From Octopus vulgaris (Eukaryota), in the NCBI GenBank assembly GCA_951406725.2, contig OX597814.1, positions 59,024,001 through 59,088,000 of the forward strand: 64,000 nt of DNA, written 5' to 3'. The notes beneath the pieces were generated by a model. It was given only the letters and a program-made list of their open reading frames with translations. It ran no database searches and was not told where the DNA came from. Within the stretch, counting starts at the first letter, position 1; each line of letters starts with the position of its first letter. Position numbers and translations under genes: made by a program. Shown one piece after another: positions 10,746 through 24,920 of the stretch.

Positions 10746-12120
10746 TGTGGAGGAGGTTATGTGGCAGGTGACAGCTGAACATGACAAAGACATGATGGCA
10801 GAATCTCCAACTAACAATGAGAAAATTGGTAGTGATGTTGTAAGATTTGAAAGTATGGCATACACAGGAATTCTAATCGTAACTGGAGGTTAAATCTCTA
10901 ATTCATCACCATATAATTACTTGTAGTTTGCTTCTGAATGGCTAACAGAACAACGCTGCATAATAGTTGATGATCAGTAAAGTTATTTTATGTAGAGCAT
11001 ATTTAGATGCAAATTAGAAGTAATTATTACACAGTGAAGAAAGAAACAATGTTTTTCAATAACTAATATTTTAATTATTTGCGGAAGTAGAGGAGATATA
11101 AGTGGAGATGTAATGTCTTTATTGGTATAATGGAAATATAATTATGGAAGGATTTTTATGTACAGCTTTGTGCACAGATATGAGTAGTAAAAACTCTTGC
11201 AGTATTTAAATAATAAATAACATATTTGCAGATATAATATATCACTAACGCATAGACCCTGCCAATCTGTACTTAATACGGCTTTGAATCCTGTTTAAAT
11301 GTCGACACACCTATGATATATATGTAGCTTATTTTAAAATATCTTTTACACATTTACATATTTTAGTCACTAGTAATTTGAGTTCATAAAGTTAAATACT
11401 TTTTACTGCAGTATATTATCGATCTTAACGTACTCACTTTCAATGGTGGGGTGATGGTTAAAACATTATATAGAGGATGGGCGCCAAACGTACGATGCAA
11501 GTTTAATCATATACATCCTCAGCAACATACAATCCTGTATTTCAATCACTAAAACCCTATATTTAAGTAATTGTTAGAAATTGGGTTATTAAACGATTCC
11601 AGTACTTCAATGACAATCAATCGACCCCGGTTACTCTCTACTGGCTTTGTGTTTAAATCAGAAACTATACATAGAGGTGATAGATTATTTTAGCTACTGT
11701 GAACCAACACTAACTTTTTGACCGATAAAAGCATGGATACTTCTAAATTAAAAGATATCTGCCATTTAGGGATGGCAATGTATCTGCAGTCGTATTAAGT
11801 GTAAAGCTTGATCAATGCTTTCTGGGAATACTCATGTATTTAAATCTCTACCCCATCGACGGTTTCCAAGGTTAATAAAGATCGGTACAATTGTGATTAC
11901 AAGATGCAAAGTGTCTTAACTTTTCTCTAATTCTTCGCAATATTTATGATATGACTGAAATGTGAAGCGGACTTCGGTGAGATCTTAAATTAGAGAAAGA
12001 AAATAATTCGAAACATATTGCAATGGTCCCAAACGATTCTGCCAAACTATAACGTTACACATACATACAGAAATATTTCTATTGAGGGGACTGTCACATT
12101 AATATGAACAAAATACCATC

Positions 12121-12177
<57 letters not shown>

Positions 12178-12183
<6 letters not shown>

Positions 12184-12488
12184 ACCACGTGATCAGGTGA
12201 CCGACCAGACCATCAGATGTTGCTACACATTGCTGGTCACAATGCGTTCGCATTGTTTTAGCCTTCGAATGACGCCACCTCGCTGGCTAAGCGAGCCGGC
12301 AAACAGAAGAAAGAGTCAGAAAAAGTTGTGGTGAAAGAGTACAGCAGGGATCACCACCCCCTGCCGGAGCCTCGTGGAGTTTTTAGGTGTTTTCGCTCAA
12401 TAAACACTCATAACGCCCGGTCTGAGAATCGTAACCGCGATCCTACGACCGCGAGTCCGCTGCCTAACCACTGGGCTATTGCGCCTCC
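12178..12488 (-). mobile_element. tRNA-derived SINE, second family
   Basis: Minus-strand head GGAGGCGCAATAGCCCAGTGGTTAGG (A box)...GGTTACGATTCTC (B-box-like); tail of short GTCACGTG-type repeats running into (TA)n. Confidence 0.8.
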
Positions 12489-12499
12489 ACACACATATA

Positions 12500-12535
<36 letters not shown>

Positions 12536-12649
12536 TGTATGTATGTATGTATGTATGTATGTATGTATGTTTGTATGTATGTATATATATATGTATTTGT
12601 ATGTATATATAAATTATGAGTGTGCGAGTGTGCGTGTTTTTAAGTGTGT

Positions 12650-12970
12650 GATGGTGCGTGGTTTAGTGGTTAGACCTTTCGGCACACGACCATAGGGTCG
12701 TGAATTCAATTTCCTATGACGCGCTATATCCTTGAGCAAGACACTTTATTTCACGTCGTTCTCGTTCATTCATGTAAAATTATGAGTAACACCTGTATTT
12801 CAAACGGCCCAGTCTTGTCACATTTCGTGTCACGCTGAATCTCACTAAGAACGACGTTAAAGGTACACATTTCCGTGGAATGCTCAGCCACCTACGCGTT
12901 AAGCTCACGAGTTGGTTGTTCCGTTGATCGGATCAGGTGGAACCCTCGCCGTCGTAACCGATAGAGTTCC
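12650..12970 (+). mobile_element. tRNA-derived SINE, third family (diverged)
   Basis: TGGTTTAGTGGTTAG (A box), GAATTCAATTTCC (decayed B box) and a CORE-like TCCTTGAGCAAGACACTTTA segment. Confidence 0.7.
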
Positions 12971-15118
12971 AGTTTATATATGTGTGTGTGTGTATGTGTG
13001 TCTGAGTGTGTGTGAATGTATGTATCTATGTAGTATATATATATATATATTATATGTGTGGGTGTTTGTGAATGTGTGTGTGTGTGTGTGTGAATATGCA
13101 TATGCGTATGTGTAAACACACAAGTGTCAATGACTTACCCAGGGTTTCTCTCAGTCAAACCCTATCCACAACGTGTTGATCAAATCAACAACAGATTTAA
13201 CAACAATTTCGCAATAACTCAGTCAGTAAAATTTAAAACTGTAAATAAGTGTTGCGAAGCGACTTCTGAAATACATAGTAATCCTGGCCCATAACTATAA
13301 ATCTTGAAATAAATGCTACATATTGACATTTGTTCTGTCTTTATTTACTTATCAGTATTTGTATTTCAAACTCTGCCTATGAATGCACATAATCTTATTT
13401 ATCACCTTTTTGTATTGTGCAGTTATTCAATATAAATTTCACGGCTAAAAGATGTATCTTTTAAATTTCATCAGCATGAAGGTAAAAACGCACATCCTGA
13501 TTAGATTAAAAAAATGCACTGACCTAAACTCCAATTCAGATACTTTCACAATTTATATGCAATTTGACAAGTTACTGCATTTGAACCGGAAGACATCTTC
13601 CTCATCTAATTTGAGAAGGAGTTCAATGAACTTCATCCTTTCTCTCGAATATGATTAACACCGTAAGGTATAGTTTTCTTGTGATGTAAACAATCAAACT
13701 TAAAAGCATTCTTCATGAACGGTCTTATTCCCGTCTGCTTAGCATGATGCTAGATGGGTTCTTGTTTTTCTCGTTTTTTTTTATGCCTCGATTTTCTCAC
13801 CGAGTAGATAGCTATTTGAACCGTGCATGGTACACGGTACAAAGCGGCTAGGTTATTGCATTATCCAAGCATGAAACTTGAAAAAGTCCATCTATAACAC
13901 CTCTATTCATTATACATACCTATATAAATATATATATGTTCATGTCAGTGATGTACTGAGAACAGCTGTGTATATTGTATTTTTTCGTTTTTATTGTCTT
14001 ACATCGCGTAGTGAGCATAACGGTGTTGTTACAGAATAACAATAAATCTAAGTGTATTTTCTTATAATCTGTAGCCGTCTGCCTATTCACATCAACAAAA
14101 TAAACGCATTAGTGTAGATCAAGACTTATAACTTTTTTCTTTTTGTTTTTGCAATTGTTATAGTGACATAAATATATCTGTATGTTTATTTTTTTCTTTT
14201 TTGCTTGTTATTTTTTAATTTCCAATTCGATAAGAAGCACTTGTTAGCATTTATTACTGATAATCGACAACAATTGTATTCTTTCTTTTCGCTATTATTG
14301 CATTTCAGGATTTCTATTCATGCTACTACGTTCAATATTGTTGTCATTTTAGTTTTCGCTATTGTTGCTCTCCCTGTAATTGAAAGAAGACCTCAAAATT
14401 AAAACTAATAATGCGCATCAGTGATCACTTCCTTTGTGCTATGAAGAGATACTTAGGTAAATAAATGCTTTCAAATTCGAATTATGTTCAACTCCAAAGC
14501 AGACAACTCCGATGAATGTTTAATGATACAGAAATTCTTATATATATATATATAAAATTAGTAATTCGTGATTGTCATTAAACCTTTAGAATATTGCAAA
14601 GGGAACGGACGGGAGAGGGCAGAACTTGTAAAAATAGTAGATTAATAGATTGGTGTATGTACAAGGATAAAAATTAATTAAAATGGTGTGGCAACTCAAT
14701 TAATATACACATAAAATATTCTGCCGAAATGTATCACTTTTTTGATAGCGCTAACTTTTGCGTTCCAAACAAAAGAACGAAATGAATTTTCAACCAAACT
14801 AGTTTATATTTTATCAATTAAAATCTGGAAATCCCATAAACTATTTGTGTTATATTCAGTTTTACAGTATATTTAATTTTAAACGATTACAATTTGTAAT
14901 ATTGCTATTTGTAACACGAAAATTTTGAAAATAAATGGAAAACAAAATAATTTATTTTATATACATGTGTGGGTTTATGTGTATGCGTGTATGTGTTTAT
15001 GTGTAGGTGTGTATGTGCGTATGTGGTTGTGTGTATATATATACATATAATGTATGTATATAATATATATATGTATATATATATACATACATATATATGT
15101 ATATATATATATATATAC

Positions 15119-15162
<44 letters not shown>

Positions 15163-15176
15163 GCATACTTACATAT

Positions 15177-15267
15177 ATATGTATATGTGTGTGTGCGTGT
15201 GTGTCGAAATAAATAAATCCAAAGCATTTATTTATTTCGACACACACGCACACACACATATACATAT
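15177..15267. repeat. Perfect 42-bp inverted repeat with 7-nt spacer
   Basis: ...GTGTGTCGAAATAAATAAAT-CCAAAGC-ATTTATTTATTTCGACACAC... Confidence 0.9.
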
Positions 15268-15999
15268 GTCTACTACTCTTATGCAGGATTATACTTTCGG
15301 AGTTTCAGGCTTTTAAGGAGAGTTTTGGAAATTGTTTGTTCTAATTAATCATTAATGTTCTTTGCAAAATTTCTTTAAGGCAACTCATTCCATCTTGTGC
15401 CATTCATATTCTTAGCCCAATTACCTGGCATGAAATATAACTTTGGGTGAGAAGTATTATGAAGAATAGATCTCCATGAGAATAATCACTTACAAAATGA
15501 TATATTATAACACATAATTAAATTTAATATTATCCCAATTACGTCGTGTATCAATTATAGAATTACAATCTCTGTTTATGTCCTTCAAATAAAAATATAG
15601 TAAATATTGAGATACCGGTTATAGAGCAACTAATAACAAGGATGTATATACGATGTTTATTAATTTATAATGGACTCGTACTATATATTTGGGCATAATA
15701 CATAATTATCAGTGATTAATTTAATGACAATTAACAATAAGTTCAGCTAATTTCTACTTGATAAGCAAGTCAACTGAGAAGCATTGACATGTTTGAAATA
15801 ACTGTTGAAATATCATTACACTATTTCTTCAAAAAAACCTAAAATAAAATATTGCAGTTTTGAAAATACCGTTGACCAATAAGACGTGGACGCGTTAGTT
15901 ACAGACGTGCTGTCAGAAATCTAAATCAAATTAAAATACTGACTACTACTACTACTACTACTACTTCTACTACTACTACTACTAAATAAAAAAAATAAA

Positions 16000-16038
<39 letters not shown>

Positions 16039-16960
16039 ATTCTGCTGCAAATGCTAATCCTATTGTCACTGCTACTTCTACCGCTAATACTTCTATTACT
16101 GTTGATATAGAATCTAATTCAGATACACAGCTGCAAAGCTGGCGAGTGTTTCAATAGTTTAAAATGGTTCCCTTGATACATCTTTTTAACAGGTCTAGAA
16201 ACAGCGTACCATGTACAACTGAGAAACAAAGTTACAATTTACAGGAAAGATAGTTCATTTGTTTAATGTGAATATTCTATAAAAAATTTATGTATTTTCT
16301 TCAGAACTATGCTAAAGTTTTAAAACCACGATTCCTTTCGCTGTTCAAATATTCCATTGCCATCAGGGAATGGGATATCTGAACAGAAGATTTAAACCTG
16401 GTTAAAAAATAACATAAAAGATATATCCACAATTTCAGAATTTATTACATAGTGCCTAGCAGTGAACGATAACCTTTGACGCAGTAGTTAAGAACTTGAG
16501 TAATTGTGATGTCAAGTTACCATATTGAGCACTGGTGGTGGTGGGGTTTATTGTAATCAACTTACACTCTTCCCCCAAATTGCTGACGTCATGCGAAAAA
16601 ATTTGAATCGAATATATGTAGAGTGTTCAATTCAAGATGTTCTAAACTAACGAAAAAAGTTTTCATATTAGCATCCATATTTATATATATATATATATAT
16701 ATGAAATGTAAATAAGTAGACATGATATAGACATAATATTGTATATTTTATCAAAATTGTAAAATGCGACATTCCAATACAATTTCTTTCAAATTGGCAA
16801 GGGAAAAGGTACAGAGAATAAGAAGAACAGCCAACAATTACTTTCCGAATAAACAGCACGTTTTCTTTGTAATTTTGGTTCTTGTTGTAAAGGAATTCCG
16901 CGTTTTTTTTTTCGTCGAAGATGTTATATCTTCATATGGATTTACACACACAGGTACATA

Positions 16961-18531
16961 CATTAGCGGCCATAATATATGAGTCAGTAAAAACAAGTAT
17001 ATTCAAATATTTATTAGAGTGTAACAGATTGAGCCTAGATATTTTACACATACTTAGATATAACTAATATTTACCTTTCATGAAAATATCAAGTGAATGG
17101 AATAAATATTTTGTATTATTCCAAATAATCTTCCAAACTGCAACGGCCAAAATTTAAGGGTCACTTAAACAATGAAAAACAATGAAAACTGGAGCAAGAA
17201 CAAAAAAAAAATACTATTAATATTTTGTAAAAATCCTTTTACTATTAATGCCCTCCTAACAGCTGTTATCACCGGACTGAATTAATTTCTTGCAACATGA
17301 TGGACAGAAATTGTTCCATTCATTTTTCAATAATTCCCAGAGTTCATTTTAGTTCTTTGGATTTCTCCTTCGTGCCCCATCTACAAGAATCTGCCAAACG
17401 TTTTCTATAGGGTTGAGATCGGGATTTTGAAGTGGCAAGTCCCTAAGATCAACCCCTTCATCACTCAAAATACTGTGACTCTCATCGCACTGTGACAGGG
17501 AGCATTGTTCTGCACGAAGGGAGATTGAATTGACGAGGATCGGAGATGTGGAAAAGCATACTGTCTAATAATCTGCTTGTAGATTTCAATATTCACAGTC
17601 CTTTATAGGCAAATAAAAGGACCAAGACCAGAATCAGGGATCACACTCTGTACCATTACACTGCCTCCTCCATATATCACTATCTTCTTCACATATGCAC
17701 GAGATAACCATTCAACACTTCTTCCTCGGACGTACATCCCGCCATCGGAACCAATCACATTAAACTTCGATTCCTCACTAAAACGAACCTGTGATCACTG
17801 TTCTTCAGTCCAAACGACATGCACGTGAGCGAAATTATGACGGGCTCTCTGAGTCTCCTTCGAGATCGGCGGTTTCCTTGAAGGTACCCGGAGAAGCAAC
17901 CTAGAACTTAGTAGCCACCGAGAAACTATTTTGTGCTATACATTGACGTCGAAAGTGGAACTAAACTTGTGGGATATCTTCACAGCACTCATAAACCTAT
18001 CCTCCAGTGATATTCTAACCATAATACGATCCTGTCTTGGTGAAGTTTTACGAGGTCTACCGGCTTGGGGGTTTAGCATTAGTCGATCCTAATGACTTAA
18101 AACGAGCTACAATTCGTTGCACGGCACTGTTAGACCTTCCCGCACATGTTGCTATCACAGAATGTTACTTCCACTCTTGTTTTTTTATCACAGGACACCG
18201 GTTGTCTCTCACAAGCTGCCATGTTGACAGTTGAATGTTCCAGTAATGTACGATCATAAGAAGTAACCGTTAGCCAATTAAAAGTCTTCTAAACAACAAA
18301 TCAATTTTTTCTAAGTGACATTTAATATTTAGGCGCTGCAATTTGGAAGATTGTTTATTTCCTCATAACTTGCAAAATATTTATTTCATTCACATGACAT
18401 TTTCACAAAAGATAGATATTGGATAAATCTAAACGTGTGTTAAATATCTAGTCTCAACGGGTTGATAGTCTTCTATAATAACTATTTATATGCACTTGTT
18501 CTTACTGACCATTATATTATGGCCGCTACTG
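16961..18531 (-). mobile_element. Tc1-like (DD34E) DNA transposon, full-length but decayed, with ~210-bp TIRs and TA TSD
   Basis: Ends TA|CATTAGCGGCCATAATAT and ATATTATGGCCGCTACTG|TA. Minus-strand motifs VRFSEESKFNVIGSDG, FVQNNAPCH and QNPDLNPIENVW. Confidence 0.9.
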
Positions 18532-19340
18532 TATAAACATTATACGTATATGCATACATTTTATTTACATACATACAGATATGTATTTATGATATCATTA
18601 TGACATAAAATAAAATTACATCAATCGGATATATCCGGATTTCAAAAGGCCTCGTACTTTCGAAATTTTCATAATTCACCCTTTCATTTTTTACCTAAAA
18701 TAATACCGATTCCATTTGATTTGTGTCAGTTATACATTGATTGATATTTCTTCTTATTCCAGAATATTACAAATATTTAAGTAATCTATTTTATAACTTT
18801 TCCACAGTTTACATTAATTACATTTAAGATAAGAAGCATAAACCTTAACTGAACAAGTTTAACACAGGTAACTTGAATGGTAAAATTGCAGTTTAGCAGT
18901 TTTAATCCACTCGTGTGATATGTACTGTACACAAGTAAATGATTGTGCAACATACAAATCCTGATAGTCGTTGCTTTATTAGATGTCATAGAGCGGTTGA
19001 TAAGAAACAGGTTTATTTACTGAACACACACGCCCACACACTCACACGAACACAAACGCATACACGTGATTGTATAACTGTTTCTGTGCACATCCATATA
19101 TGTATATGTATATATATATATGGTGCACTTACTGAGCACACACACTCACATAGGCACACACTCACACACACATACACACGCGCGCATGCACATACACACA
19201 ATATTGATATATATATATATGTATATATATATGTATATATATGTATATATCTATATCTACCTATACACACACACACAAAAACACACACACACACACATGT
19301 ATATATATATATATATATATCCATATATATTTAATAATAA

Positions 19341-19530
19341 CAATAATTCTAGGATGGAATTTATAAATATTTAATATATCGCTACGTACATTTTCACAAC
19401 TCACATGATTTTGATATCAGAGTTGGTATCCTTGGGATTAGTGCATTACAGGATACGGACTCTGATGTCAAAATCATGTGATTTGTGGAATTATACGTAC
19501 CGATGTATCAAATATTTGTAGAATTATTGT
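19341..19530. mobile_element. MITE-like ~190-bp imperfect palindrome
   Basis: TCACATGATTTTGATATCAGAGT...GTATCCT pairs with AGGATAC...ACTCTGATGTCAAAATCATGTGA; pairing extends to CAATAATTCTA / TAGAATTATTG. Confidence 0.7.
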
Positions 19531-19696
19531 AATTATTATATTTATCCTATATTATATCAGCTTAACCCTGATGCAACTCTGAAAAGCTAACTCACTACTC
19601 AGTATAAGTAGACGGTAGCTGGCATAATAAACTAAGACTTTATTTGCATAACTTTAACGTTATCTTAAATAAACGAGTTTCAAAGATATATGTATG

Positions 19697-19727
<31 letters not shown>

Positions 19728-19811
19728 ATGTGCGTATATATATACATATATATACTTAACCTAAAAATGTACTCCAGCGTTGTCCGGTTGTTGTTATCTA
19801 CAGCAACATTG

Positions 19812-19848
<37 letters not shown>

Positions 19849-22756
19849 TGTACTCAGTTTTCGAGTTCTAGCGGAACGTACGCACTACACACGATGCACT
19901 CTGAATTTGCTCGGGTCTTTGATAATAATGTCACCACGACCAACTGTTATTGCAGTACACGTCTCTGATTAGGAAAAATTGGTTTGAAATGTTCCAGTCA
20001 GTGCACCCGGTGTGCATCCCGAACAATGAAGGAACACGCACCGTGGGTGGACTCATGTGAGTACATGACCTTAATTTGATCTCGCATAGATGCGCGGTTT
20101 TGCTGTTGTCTTCACTGAAGTTTTCAGGGCAGACAGTTGTTTTCCATCGCACCACCTGCTTTATATTAGCCGCTTATTGAATGAATAATAAGTATGAATA
20201 TATACTAATAATGATAAGCAAATTTACATAAATTGGGTTGAATAAAGGGGAAAATGTTAAAGAAAAATAGCGTTAAATTTGCAACCACCCCTTTCTTCCT
20301 TAATTATCTATCACTCCTTCCTTTCTCATTCATATTTTGAGACGGAGAAAAACGGAAGATTCACGACTGCTCTTTTGTACGTCATTTCTCTCATTGCTTT
20401 TTACTTTCTCCCTGTCCCTCTCGGTCTAGGCTCTTGCTCTCACTACTTCTCCTTCACTGAATTACTATTTTCCCTCCTCTTCCTTCATTTATAATACACT
20501 TTCTGCTCCCTGATTTTGGGCAAATGTATATACATACAAATATATAAAGCCACTACGCTCAGAATTATATTAGATGAGAGGAAAGATTCACCCATGTAAA
20601 CTAATTTTCGGAAATACTGAGAAATTTCTTGTTTGGAAATATTTCACTCTACATTTAATAGAAGATTATAATAATTCGTAAATTTATCGCATTTTTTCAA
20701 ATGCGCAAGACTTTATCATCGGTACTGTTTAATGTCTCTCCGAATGTGTTTCCACAGCATATTTTGCAATGGAATTCTACAGAAATAAGTTTTCGAAATT
20801 GAACATTACGATTATGTTGAAATTTTTTTTTCATGGAAAGTATTCAGCGTCTTCTCGAATCATCTTACCCCGTCCTGAATTCCTTTCGTCATAAATTAAT
20901 AAAATTCAAATGTTATTTTCACAAATATGTCTTTGAGGATATAGATTTCATAATGTTGATTTTTCACACATAAAAATCTGAAATAAATGTAAATTGCTAA
21001 ATGCTCGGAAATAGTAGTAACGAAATCGGCAAAAATCCAAAGAAGAAAATTCGTTTTAACGCAATAACGGTAAACTACATTCTCGAAAATCTATCCTACA
21101 ATATCGCATTTATAAATAATGCATTTTCACAAAAAAGCTATGAGTAAAGATATTCAGTGGGACACACCAACCGTTTGATATGCATGAATGTTATTTCAAA
21201 GAAAGGCTGGAACCATGCTGGGTCACTCCCATTAAGCTAAAATAAAGAAACCTGAACGAATATTCCTGTCATCCTTATGAAAAGGCTATGCCTATCTTTC
21301 AATCATATTTGAAGTGATTACTGTGTAAGGTATACATTTATATGATGATTATTTTGCATAGTATGTATATGAAGCAACATATCATTTTTTTTTCTTTCGA
21401 AAGCACACCCTATACAAGCGTATGCATGTGGGTTTTGACTTAATATTTGAGAATATTATACATTTTCTTTCCTCCTAAGTTTCTTAAACTGAATAATATA
21501 TAAATAAATTTCTTAAACTGAATATCATTTAAATAAATTGAGATATCAGTTCAAAGATACTGAAAACAAAATTACTTTAAGGAACTCAGTCGGGGGCTAT
21601 AGTGGAAAACACTCTCCCAAGATATTACCCTGTAGGGCTGAACGCGAAACTTTCTTGTTAGGAAGCAAAAGTTTTACCTCTTTGCCTCGCCTGTGATTCA
21701 ATGTTTCTGGAATAAATTTGTTTCGGTGTAAAGTACGACGATGAAGACAAAATGGGAAAAAAGTCTACTATTATTGAAACTCGAGGGGATAAAATCGGGT
21801 TGCAGGATTGAAAGTTTTCCAAAGCACTTTCTGTATCTGATTTTGCTTTATAGATTGTAATATCATATTCATAATCTACACGCACGAAAGTGTATTGGCT
21901 AAAATTTCCGTTTTGCAATATGCATCTTTAACAGTATTGAAGTAACAAAATTTGAGGGGAGGAAAATGAAATTCTACCAAAACATTTTAAAATTTGGTTG
22001 AAACAATCTACCCTCCTAAAATTATTTTTCTACCAAACTTCATGCTCTTAACAATCCGATTCTAAAAGGCAAGAAACTGTAGCTATGTTTATACTTCGTA
22101 ACCAGTGTAATAATCGGGAATGGGAAATTTCAATGAATAGAAGCGTACTGCCATCTAATGAGCACGCGCACACACAGCTAACTCATACATGTATGTGTAT
22201 CTGAAGTTCACTAACTTCAAATAAACATGCCTCCGTGTTTTCAGTTTCCATTTTGTTTCTTTGATTGCGAATATAAAATATGACATTAAATGGAAATTAT
22301 ATTCTCGTAAAAGTTTGTCAACACACCTAATCCATCCACTTTAATTGCATTCTTTCAGTTGCTCCAGCCTGCATTTAACATCGCCATCTACCGCTCACTT
22401 CCTCTCCATGCGAGTCTTTGAATAAAAAAGACACATTATCTTGTGTTACATGCGATTGAAATGTTTTGAAAATTCTTTCCGTTTTATGCAAGTCAGACAA
22501 GGCATTGTTGCCTTGCTGGACGACGCGTTGCATGCATGATGTGTTTCGTTACACGCCGGTGCCACCATTCTATAATTTGGAATCGATTAGATTGTCCATG
22601 ATCGATTTCTTGTGCTTATACACTACGAAATATTTCCTTTCACGATGCTACCCAATAAAATTATATAGAAATAGGTCCACTGCCATGATGTAAAGCACTA
22701 ATCCGTATTAATCGTTGTCAAGAAATTTTCACAAATATCCTATGCAGAAATTCAGC

Positions 22757-23591
22757 AATATAGGTAGAAAGAACACAAATATACAAGAACTCTGAGTAGA
22801 TAGTAACAATATCTTAGACAAGAACTGCAAAGAAGTTTTTATGTTTACTCAGTTTAATATCATGGGGTTCTGCTCTCCAATATCGAAATTCTTCCTCCTG
22901 TAGCTTTTGATATTGGTGGGCACCTTATGAACGGTATGTGAAAATGCCTCGTGGAGTATGCACAAGATTGTAGATATTCATAAACATATTGCACCACCTC
23001 TTCCACTGATGATCGACGCTGTTAACTTTTCCTTGGCATTGTGATGACGTGGTAAATAACTATCTATAAAACAAATTATATTTAGAATAATCACAAGCTA
23101 CACAGATGGATTTTTGTCAGATCGATGCTAGGCGTGATAGATTGACGGGATTATTAGAAGATCTTTAACGGATCTTTCCTGAAATTGTCCAGTTTGTGGC
23201 CGTTTATATAGCCTGATATTGCCAGATATTCGACTCTATAGAACACCTAAACCTGACGGTGTGCGAGTTACCTTAGTGTATACAAAATAAATATCCCGAT
23301 GAGATTTTGTAACCCCAGCCCCGTCGTAGCTCCGATACATCGAACATTGGCTTTACTTTCTTCTTTACCACGTAGCAATAACCGTAAACCAAAATTGAAT
23401 TACTAACGATCAAGATGATACTGATATCCATTTGTAAGGTGCCTACCGAATTCAAAAGCTACCAGGAGGAAGAATTTCGATATTGGAGAACAGAACTGAG
23501 TGGACCTAAAAGCTTCGCTGCACTTTGTGTCTAAGATATTGTTACTATTTACTCAAATTTCTTGTATATTTGTGCTCTTTCTATATATATT
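22757..23591. mobile_element. Non-coding element with ~170-bp diverged terminal inverted repeats (MITE or inverted PLE pseudo-LTR)
   Basis: 22757-22938 is inverted relative to 23425-23591, e.g. CTCCAATATCGAAATTCTTCCTCCTG versus CAGGAGGAAGAATTTCGATATTGGAG. Confidence 0.75.
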
Positions 23592-24920
23592 CAATTTGTT
23601 TATTTTCCCTTCACATAAGAAGCAGCACGTTACACATTTCAAAATTCTAGCCAAATACTTTGTTCAAATACCTCTTTAGCTATTCTAGTCTATTCGTTTT
23701 CCACGCACATTCTTGAAGCGCTACAATGTGAATATCACCACAGAGCCTAGGACTTACGAATTTATTGTTGTCCTCTTCTGTTCTAAACGATACATTACTT
23801 ACATTTTAAATTGTTGTAAGGATTCTGTACATAGATGTAGTTGTCCGCGTTGAAAGTAATACTGAAACATATATGTAATTACATCTATGTCGATACACGC
23901 GTATCAAGATATACATGCAAACTAATGTATATTTCTAATGCCAAAGACTTCAAAGCTAAGTAACACTTCTCATTACATCTTTCAATTCAACTTTAGTAGT
24001 TGAATTTGGAAAATAATTCCCTGTTTTCATAGAGCAACATTTATGAATTTGACGCTTGGTAACAACATTGACAAGATTAACAACGGAATATTGAATCACA
24101 TTATCTAGTGCATTATCTCTCATATTTTGTACATCCAGTTCAAGTATCTTATTAACTATTTCTTGTTTAAATAAAATGGAGGTATAAAGCAGTCAGAAAA
24201 TAATTTCACTAGCAAAAATATATAATGCGGGAACATAATATATTAAAATAGCTAATCAAAACTGACTGGTCTCTTTTTTGCAGTTTTGAATTGGAAACGA
24301 AACAATGTGCTAGATGTAATGTTTACTGCAGTAAAAAAGCGTTTATTTTCTTCTACATCATTTCATATGACTCATCTTCTGCATAAACAATCTTTGTGAT
24401 ACATAAACAATGAATTTACTGTGATCACATGAGTGATATATCGAAAGAATATTCAGTAATTTGCGTTTATACACTTCAGAAATATTTTATCGAGATAAAA
24501 GAAAAAATGTAAAACCAAATATTAAAAGACTTTCACTCTGTATTACAAAGTGTATTTGTAGCATCCACCTGATATCAACAGGTGAAATATATCCCTATAG
24601 AATAAAATATCTTTTTTCCAGATAATTCAAAGTTATCATTAAAGGATCACATGTGTCACTAGATTATTTTTCCATGGAAGGCCAATGGCACAAATTGCAA
24701 CATTAGATGAAAGTAAATATATTTATGTATCACATCTTAAATAAGTTGCACCTACTTCTAGCAGCAGTGAAGAATGCGAAACAAATCTAAGGAGCAAAAT
24801 TTATAAGGAAACTAGAAAATAAAGAGGGGATTTACAATATAAAGGCTGAGAAATTATATGGAGTTTTTAGTGTACATTACCTAAGAAAAGTGGTACATCT
24901 GAACGTTCCATTCAACCGTA

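Noticed and set aside
19960-20005. Hammerhead-like CTGATTA...GAAA...GTC
   Set aside because: The essential G8 is T and stem II barely pairs; at best a dead remnant.
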